Source of the DNA: Octopus bimaculoides
Taxonomy: Eukaryota
Reading direction: 5' to 3'
Length of the DNA stretch: 39,677 nt
NCBI RefSeq assembly: GCF_001194135.2
Contig: NC_068982.1
Coordinates: 126,218,689 to 126,258,365 of the forward strand
The position numbers and the translations under genes are program-made. Positions within the stretch are counted from its first letter, which is position 1. Every line of letters begins with the position of its first letter. The notes under the pieces are model-generated. The model was not told where the DNA came from, made no database searches, and saw nothing but the letters and a program-made list of their open reading frames with translations. Of this stretch, positions 31,501-39,677 are shown piece by piece.

Positions 31501-31948
31501 CACACACATGTGTAAGTGAAATACAGAGCACTATAGATCAGGCTAATTTTAATTATAAAATAAGTAGTAAAATATTAATGAGTTTAAGGAAATGTTTACA
31601 AATTGTAAAGGAAGAATATGCTGAAGAACATCAGTTGAAAAGATTAGAAATGGTTCTGGTAGAAAATGTGAAGTGATTGAAAAACAAAAAAAGTAAAGAC
31701 AATATGTGACTAAAACAGAAATCTTTTAAGTAAAATGCAAGCTATAATACACACATACACATATCTGAATTTCTTTTCACAATTGAAAAGAATGAGAATT
31801 ATGTATTTTCTATATCTCTTATAATGAGGACAGATGAAAATCTACCTAGTGCATCAGTGCAAACAACCTCTTTCATCTTTTTAATAAATCCCCAACAAAT
31901 AATCTTAGATTTAGGAAGATTTATTTTATTTATGTGAAACCTTTAAAT

Positions 31949-32136
31949 CTTATATATGTGGTATATATAAATCTATACATACATGTAAATCATGAATATA
32001 TATCTATGTATGTATTAATCTTATACATTATGTGGTATGCACAAATCTGTACATACTTGTAAATCATATATATATATATATATATATGTATTATTCATAT
32101 ATATTATGTAGTATATATAAATCTATACGTACATGT

Positions 32137-32181
<45 letters not shown>

Positions 32182-32300
32182 CTTATATATTATGTGCTAT
32201 GCATAAATCTATACATATATGTAAATCATATATATATGTATTCTTCTCATATATTATGTGGTATGTATAAATCTATACATACACGTAAATCATATATATA
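31949..32300. repeat. AT-rich minisatellite: five units of 64-86 bp, each with a variable (TA)n
   Basis: The core TATGTGGTATRYATAAATCTATACATACATGTAAAT recurs with TGTGG-like anchors at about 31957, 32031, 32107, 32193 and 32257. Confidence 0.9.
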
Positions 32301-32921
32301 AATATATAGACAGATAGATACACACACCATTCTGCAAATGATTACTACTTAAATTTAAAAAAGTGGGAATGTAGAATGTCTGTTAACTTAGATAAACTCA
32401 AAGGAAATAACTTAATAGAAAAATCACTTCTATTTCCTTAAACTTCAGCAACAAAACTTTATAGTTCTTATGAAAAACACACAATTATTAGCTTATATTC
32501 ATTAAATGACCTTAGTCTTGAACCAAACCCAGTCAATACAAATAGGCTTCAATTTAAACTTAGGCATTCAACATAAAATTAAGTTTCTACCTTATCTAAA
32601 ATAAATCTGCAATGCTCAGTAAACTTATATTTCATCTTTGCTTTAAATTTTTTCTTCAATCATGGAAACCAAAGTCTTTGTCATGGTATGCTAATCTAAA
32701 TAGTTTACACTATTTAGTTTGATACTTTAGTGGTTCTCAATGGTATTTTATAAATAACCCCACCTCATATTTTGCAGTAAAAAAAAAGTCAGATTATTTT
32801 AGTGCATAAGATGCTTCGTGCAGTGGCTTGGCATCTATATTTTATTTTCTATGCCATCCAGCATATATTTAACCTATGCAGTAGATATATAAACAAGGCA
32901 AATTTAGCTATGTCTCTGCAG

Positions 32922-32973
32922 ATCGAAAAATGATGAACAAGTTTAACGTTGGAACCTTACTGGATTCTCAGAG
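32922..32973 (+). CDS. Candidate plus-strand exon
   Basis: Acceptor tgtctctgcAG and donor AG|GTGACT; phase 1 to 2; reads RKMMNKFNVGTLLDSQ(R). Confidence 0.35.
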
Positions 32974-33139
32974 GTGACTACATCAATTTGACCAATTCTA
33001 GAGAAACAAGCCACCAATGTGTTTATATACTCAACTAATCCAGTAGCTACAGAGTTTTGGTGTTACCCACTACTAAATTTTTATGTAATTACTAAAAAAG
33101 ACGAGGACTTATATGGGGTAACTTGAGGCATCATCAGTT

Positions 33140-33395
33140 ATATTTCTTATTTCTTTATTGCCCACAAGGGGCCAAACAAGGACAGACAATGGAATTAAGT
33201 CGATTAAATCGACCCAGTGCGTAACTGGTACTTACTTTATCGACCCAGTGCATAACTGGTACTTACTTTATCGACCCCGAAAGGATGAAAGGCAAAGTCG
33301 ACTTTGGCGGAATTTGAACTCAGAACGTAATGGCAGACGAAATACCGCTAAGCATTTCGCCCAATGCGTTAACGTTTCTGCCAGCTCGCCGCCTT
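33140..33395 (-). mobile_element. SINE type A, young-looking, with an internal 31-bp tandem duplication
   Basis: CpG-retaining copy ending ...TTCTGCCAGCTCGCCGCC. ATCGACCCAGTGCRTAACTGGTACTTACTTT occurs at 33208-33238 and 33239-33269. Confidence 0.92.
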
Positions 33396-33587
33396 TTGTT
33401 ATGTTTCTATCCACTGATAACATAATGTCCTACATATTCTAAGCTGACAAATTAAACTACAAGTATCGTACCTCTACCTGGCTTAAATATCTTAAGTACA
33501 GCCTCTTTAAATACAGTGTTCCCTTGACACTTTCTACCCCTTTGTAAGATTACAATGCCCCCAAAGGAGCACTGCTATCCAAGTTAA

Positions 33588-33890
33588 CCCTTTTCATACC
33601 AACCAATCAGAGACTGCTTCTGATTTTATGATACAAATTTTTTGACTCTTTTGATTTCAGATTGTTTTGAATTAATTATGCTTTATCTCACAGCTTCAAG
33701 ATTTTAATTATGTGGATACTATTTTTGGAATGACTGTGTAAAGTAAGTGTAAGAGACCAGATCTGGCCAGTTTGAACATAAAACACAATATTTGAGTAAT
33801 TATAGTTATTTCATTAAATTCATTATTTTCAAAATAAATTGAAACACAGGCTGCGTATTTCAGAAGATTAGTAGAGATACAGCAAAGAAA
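33588..33890. mobile_element. Degenerate piggyBac-like MITE
   Basis: TTAA|CCCTTTTCATACCAACC left end, as at 9312. The body resembles 37605-37825; the right end is eroded. Confidence 0.5.
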
Positions 33891-34443
33891 AGGCTAATCT
33901 GTCTTTTCAATTATCTGGTACCAATAAGTTCATCTTACTATATCATGATAAAGCAGAATGACTGTAAACTGAAGGGACTAATCACCACTAGATTGTGAGC
34001 TTAAACTATATTGCAGCCAGCCATCATACTATGACTTATTTTTACTTGTCAGAGTCAATCTAGCTAAAGTTAAATAAATGTTCTATTTCAACATTACACC
34101 CATTACTTAAAACATTAGTTCAAACAATTCCTTGGCAAACACTCAATCCTCAAAAAAAAACAAAAAAGCTAAGATTTCTATTTTCCTTTCTGAACTAATA
34201 CCAATGGGTTGAGAATAAGATAATTATTCCAGTAACTTAATGAAATATCTCAATGTCAAACAAACCTAATCTAATTTGAGTCATGTTAATATCTTCAGTA
34301 GTTTAGTAGACAGAGTTTGTTTGTATTCCCTTCAAAGTGACAAAACCAACAGATAATAAGAATAACAAAGAATGCTAATCTTAATCAAATTATCTGTCAT
34401 AAAGTTATTCTTCAATGGCCATTTTAATTGATAGCTTTACATG

Positions 34444-34485
<42 letters not shown>

Positions 34486-35109
34486 ATGGTATTTTTCACC
34501 AAATCACCATCAAAATTGCTATTTGTCATCACCATAATCATTAGCATTATCATCATAGTTACCACTCTTTCCAACTGAAGATGAGGATATAAAACATGTA
34601 TGTGTGTTTGTGTGTGTATAACTCATACAAGAACTAAAATATATTTGACAGTTATATAATTTAACAAAACAAAAGAATTCCTCTCTAAAAAAAAAACAAA
34701 AAAAAAAATTTTTTAAAAATTGCAGCTTTGGAAATCTTGGGTAAAATGATAGAATTGGATATATTTGACTTATGTACATATTTTAGTTGCATAAACAATA
34801 TCAGTAAAATAAACTGGGACCAATAAGATTATAGAGTAAAACGAGAATGTGAAATTTTAAATGTTAATTTTGGCATTTGTTATTTTAAAGGAATATTAAG
34901 AATAACAACAGAATATTTACTGATGAGAATGGTGACTCAATACTAAAAGTAAAGTGAAGTTTATATAAAATTAGTTTTCACTGGGACTTGTGTCTAATGG
35001 ATTATTCAACCAGATGAAAATTTTTTTTTCTAATGTTTACACAGATAGATAATAGAAAGTTTTGTTATAAGAAAAAAGTGTTAAGGTGATAATTACAATT
35101 GTCTTTTCA

Positions 35110-35580
35110 TCTTTAATTTGTTTCGGCCATTGGCTGGTGGTCATACTGGGGTACGGCCTTAAATGATTTAATCAAACAAGCTAATCCCAGTACCTGTTTT
35201 AAATCTGGTACTTATTCTACCAGTCTCATTCGCAGAACTGCCAAGTTACAGGGATATAAACAAACCAATACCAGTTGTCAAGTGATGATGAAGGGACAAT
35301 TGCTAACACACAGATACATACAATGGGCTTCCCCCCAGTTTCATTATCAATTTAACGTCCACACTCCATGCTGTCATGGGTTGGACGGTTTGACAGGATC
35401 AAGTGAGCTGCAAGGTTGCATCAAGCTCTAATGTCAGCCTCTGTCCAACAAATTCACTCACAAGGCATTGCTCAGCCCAGGGCCATGGTAGAAATTACTT
35501 AGCCATGGTGCTGTGCAGTGGGACTGAACCTGAAACTATGCAATTGCAAAACGAGCTTCTTAACCAGAGAGCCATGCCTG
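35110..35580 (-). mobile_element. Old SINE type B with a nested RTE tail fragment (about 35343-35435)
   Basis: A diverged type B body is interrupted by ATTATCAATTTAACGTCCACACTCCATGCTGTCATGGGTTGGACGG. Confidence 0.7.
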
Positions 35581-36171
35581 AAAAATTCTAAAGGAAAAAA
35601 AATGTATTATTTAAGAGTAAAGTTCTGGTACCAGAACTTTTCTCTTACTTATAGAATTTTCCCCACAATTGAAATTTATCATCTTAACACCTTTTTCTTG
35701 TAACAAAGCTTTCCATTTTCTCTCAAGAGAAACATTAAAAAGTGAAATTTTACTACTCAAGAGCCTGTAAAGTAAACCAACGAAGGAGCACAAATAATTC
35801 ATTGGCCAAAGAGGTATTTTTTCTTCTCCCAAATACCAGACAAAGTGCCTCAAAACATAAAGAGGTAGTCAAGTGTAGTTTGAATAGTAAGTTGATGACT
35901 GCATGCTTTAAGCATACTGCATCTACTTCTATTATTTTTCGCTGTTAGCAAATTTTTTTTTTTTAACTTATTAAAATATACATACATACATCATTGAAAG
36001 AGAAAACTGCTTGGAAGATAATAAAAATAAAGGGTTGTCAATTTTATATANNNNNNNNNNNNNNNNNNNNNNNNNNNNNNNNNNNNNNNNNNNNNNNNNN
36101 NNNNNNNNNNNNNNNNNNNNNTTATGTATATATATATATATATTATTTATAAGTTATTAACTTCTTTATAG

Positions 36172-36219
36172 AAGTTTGAGAACAATGGCTTATTCTTCAT
36201 CTAGTTATGAAGATGATTG
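36172..36219 (+). CDS. Candidate plus-strand exon
   Basis: Acceptor cttctttatAG and donor TG|GTAAAG; phase 2 to 2; reads SLRTMAYSSSSYEDD and contains acaATGg. Confidence 0.4.
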
Positions 36220-36783
36220 GTAAAGATCAGACAGCAATAGGCTTTTTTTTTTTTGTTTTTAGAACATACATTTTTTTTAAGAGGCAGCCTAAAATTTCTT
36301 TTGGAATTAGCTGAAAGTTAGTATAGCATAATAAGAACACTGACATAATAAAGTAAAACATGGTAACTTCAAATGTTATGTGACTGGAACATTTAGTGTT
36401 CTACAATTTAATATTTATATATATGCCATATTCTATTGTGGTTGAGTGAAACATTTCAGGAAATGATAGTACTAAGCTGGGGGAAGAAAGAAAAAGGAAC
36501 TGAAATTTAAAAATACAACGTCTCATTAATTACAACATTACCAAAATTACTCTCATGAATATTTTGTCATGCTATGAATGTAAGGAGAATTGGTGGGGAT
36601 CACATCAGTAAGTCTCACCTCCAAGGTCTATTATCACTAGAGTAAGACTAATAAGGTGATATTACTATATATTCAAGTATAAAATCCATAGGATACTGTT
36701 TTAGCCAAAGCACAAGGTCATATCATTAAATAAAACATCTTTCTTTCTTTTTATTATAACTATTTTTTTTCTCTCACCAACAG

Positions 36784-36819
36784 CTTGGATAAACACCTGT
36801 GGGCAATATTGTATCAACA
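36784..36819 (+). CDS. Candidate plus-strand exon
   Basis: Very strong acceptor tttttttttctctcaccaacAG and donor CA|GTAACC; phase 2 to 2; reads (C)LDKHLWAILYQ. Confidence 0.4.
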
Positions 36820-37205
36820 GTAACCAAAATTTTCAACAGATATGGACAAAGTATACTGTAACTAAAAGGTTTATTGTTATATTATACAGGAAAAGGTGTT
36901 CACACCTATTCCATTAGTAAAAGAAGATAGTCATCTCTTTAGAGATTTAAAAACAAAATTGCTATAATGACAATGTATTGTTTTGGAAATATGAAATATC
37001 AAGTTGTCCATTACATATATATATATATTAAGTATTAGTTGTAGCAAAAATAGATTCTATTCACTCAAAAAATACTTTAAGAAAGCAAGAGGTATAGAAT
37101 ACACACATTGCTCTGAGTGGGCTGTCAAAGAGTGATTTCATCAATTGTTAAGAAGTTCACAGGGATTGGAAATGAATTTGCATCAAAACAAAAGCAATGT
37201 TATGT

Positions 37206-37236
<31 letters not shown>

Positions 37237-37322
37237 CGTACATACATACACATATATATCTGAAGAAAGATTTTTTGAAATTAAAAAGTTATTAATTATA
37301 TACAAAATATTTTAAAAATCAG

Positions 37323-37446
37323 AATGACACGAATCTTTTGTAAATATATGCTCATAATGGGTAATCTATGGAGGAAGCTGATTTTAGTAGCAGCGTTGAC
37401 TATTTCTGATTTAGTTTTGGCTTACATATTGTTTAGCCTTTTGTAA
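37323..37446 (+). CDS. Candidate terminal exon ending in a hydrophobic segment
   Basis: Acceptor ttttaaaaatcAG, phase 2; reads MTRIFCKYMLIMGNLWRKLILVAALTISDLVLAYILFSLL*. Confidence 0.3.
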
Positions 37447-37604
37447 TTGACAATTTTCTTCCCTTGTTTTTCAAAAAAAAAAAAAAAAAAAAATTTGAAT
37501 TGTCTATTTACATAGATGTCTAGATGTTTACAATATAAAATATTTCTAAGTGATGAATCTTTGATTTGTTGCTAAAGTACCCTAACATGATGTATTCATT
37601 TTAA

Positions 37605-37825
37605 CCCTTTAGTGTTCAGATTAATCTGTTAAATGTAATACTTTTTTCACTCAAATTGTTTTGAATTAATCATACATTATCTTACAGCTTTGAAGTTTCG
37701 ATGGTGTGACAGTTTATTCTTAGAATATCAATGTAGGTCAAGTGTGAGAGGCTAGATATGGCCAGTTTGAATGTAAATCCTGTAGGATATTTGGGCCGGA
37801 TATGGCCGGCTTAAACACCAAAGGG
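37605..37825. mobile_element. piggyBac-like MITE, family 2, uninterrupted
   Basis: TTAA|CCCTTTAG ... CCAAAGGG|TTAA, with TTAA on both sides (37601-37604, 37826-37829). Confidence 0.8.
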
Positions 37826-38583
37826 TTAATCCAGTTTGGTCACAATTCTCAATGGATTGTGAGTGTGTGATGCAATAAATGAGATTTTTTTGGTTTTGCA
37901 ATTCACATTTGCATTAACCTTCCATTCCTCTCCATTTTTAAATATTTTGGTTTTGCCCTGTTCAATTATTTCACAAGTCACACAACAAAGGTTTCCACAT
38001 TTTGTTACTGGCATTATTTCTTATCTGAATTCACCTTTGTTAAAAGTGTTGTTTTTTTAAAGATTTGGCAGTTGTCAGGGACTGTTGATAATATGTAATT
38101 CTTTAATTATTTTTTTGAGATTTGATGATTGGTATAGGATTGGAAGGTATCATTTGGCCGAATATATGGGTGACTTATGTATTTGTTTCCATCCTCATTG
38201 TGAGTGTTTCTCTGTAAGGCAGAGATTGGGATCTCCTTTCACTTGGTAATGGCATGATTTACTAAGATTTTTTGGTATATCTTAAAAAAAATGTTTCATG
38301 AAACTATAAACAGTAAAAGAACTTATATTTTATGAGTGTTTTTTCTCTAAAAGATGTAAGTATTTAGGATTTTTTTTTATATATATACGTAATAATTTTA
38401 AATTTAAAAACATCTTTCTTCAGATATTGACTGGATAAAGTTCTAAAAACTTTCTTTTCAATATGTACTATACACTCGTGTGTATGTGCATATATATACA
38501 CACACACACAAATAGACATGTGTACATATATGTACACAGATATATATATACATATACATAGATATATATATATATATATACAT

Positions 38584-38623
<40 letters not shown>

Positions 38624-38748
38624 TACAAATAAAAGGGTAAAGGATTATTCATTTATTAATAAATTAATAATTAATAATTTTTACCAAGCTCTTCGGTATG
38701 TAAACACCATTATCGGTGAAGAACTTATTTAAAAGTTCTTATAAATTT

Positions 38749-38939
38749 ATAAACATAATTAAGGGATCAGCAACAGTTGCTTCACAACATACTGAAGTTC
38801 AGAAATAGCAGCTAAAGTGCTAAAACTCCAACAGATAGCAGTACTATTGTTATCTGTTGGAGTTTTAGCACTTTAGCTGCTATTTCTGAACTTCGGTATG
38901 TGGTGAAGCAACTGTTGCTGATACCTTAATTATATTTAT
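38749..38939. repeat. Long near-perfect inverted repeat (89-bp arms, 13-nt spacer)
   Basis: 38749-38837 is the reverse complement of 38851-38939 with 4 mismatches by my manual alignment. Confidence 0.95.
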
Positions 38940-38970
<31 letters not shown>

Positions 38971-39340
38971 CGTTTATCATTATCATTAAATATCCATGTT
39001 CTATACAGGTATGTGCAGAACTTGGCATTTATATGTAAGCACATATATATATATGTATACACACACACACACACATTATTAACACTGGTTTAATTTTTGG
39101 TTTTGAAATTAATCGATTCTAAATGCTATGACTTTTAGGGTTAAAGATAAAAGATACACAATAATAACAACAAGGTTGACTTACATCCCTCCAGAGATAA
39201 ATAGACAAAATACACTGAGGTTAAGTGAATTAACTAAGTCCAACAACATGTTGTTTGTAGCCAATGTTATAAGAAAAAAGAAAGAAGTGTTTGAATATGA
39301 TGTAGTCAGTGTGTGATGTCTATGTGGGGCTAACTTCCAA

Positions 39341-39570
39341 TCATGAAGACGAGAAAATAAGCATCAGTTTTACTGCACAATGGCAGAAGTTAAATAAGAA
39401 AATAAACCAATGTCCTGTTATGAGGATTTTTGCACCAATAAGGAATGTAAAATAGTTTTGTTTGTAGATAGAAGAGAAACGAATGAAGGAAGATAGTATG
39501 AAATGAGAGAGAGAGAGGGAGAGAGAGAGGGTTGTAAAAGGAGAGAGAAAGTGAAGTGGGAAATGAGATA

Positions 39571-39620
<50 letters not shown>

Positions 39621-39677
39621 CATATATATACATACATACATACATATACATACATATATATATACATATACATACAG
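39341..39677. repeat. (GA)n and (TA/TACA)n microsatellites at the window end
   Basis: GA runs near 39505-39550 and (TA)n/(TACA)n from about 39568. Confidence 0.85.

Overview
AT-rich, microsatellite-dense eukaryotic genomic DNA with eight N-gaps (3117-3313, 10206-10255, 13452-13461, 18348-18549, 20315-20569, 26553-26665, 28816-29059, 36051-36121). The SINE/LINE repertoire points to an Octopus genome; this is an inference from recalled repeat families, not a search. Most ORF-track entries are translated microsatellites. The interpretable content falls into three groups. (1) Repeats: many tRNA-derived SINEs of at least four types; RTE LINE fragments whose (ATG)n tails give the (CAT)n tracts; a CR1 3' end; two R4/Dong-like fragments and a Helentron-type non-autonomous element inside (TAA)n arrays; piggyBac-, Tigger-, Tc1- and mariner-type DNA transposon remnants; and decayed Gypsy and possibly BEL LTR remnants. 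(2) Two fragmentary spliced genes that I could not identify, built by hand from phase-consistent GT-AG exons. One is on the minus strand (core exons 8416-7530) and one on the plus strand (core exons 22060-22908). They appear to diverge from a shared CpG-containing promoter-like region at about 10.6-10.95 kb. (3) Unusual structures: two long fold-back palindromes (14.8-15.0 kb and 38.75-38.94 kb), hammerhead-ribozyme-like remnants, an RTE ORF2 ending in three C2H2-like fingers, and nested insertion stacks. All gene models are manual and need RNA-seq or homology confirmation. No rRNA, intact tRNA gene or CRISPR array was seen.
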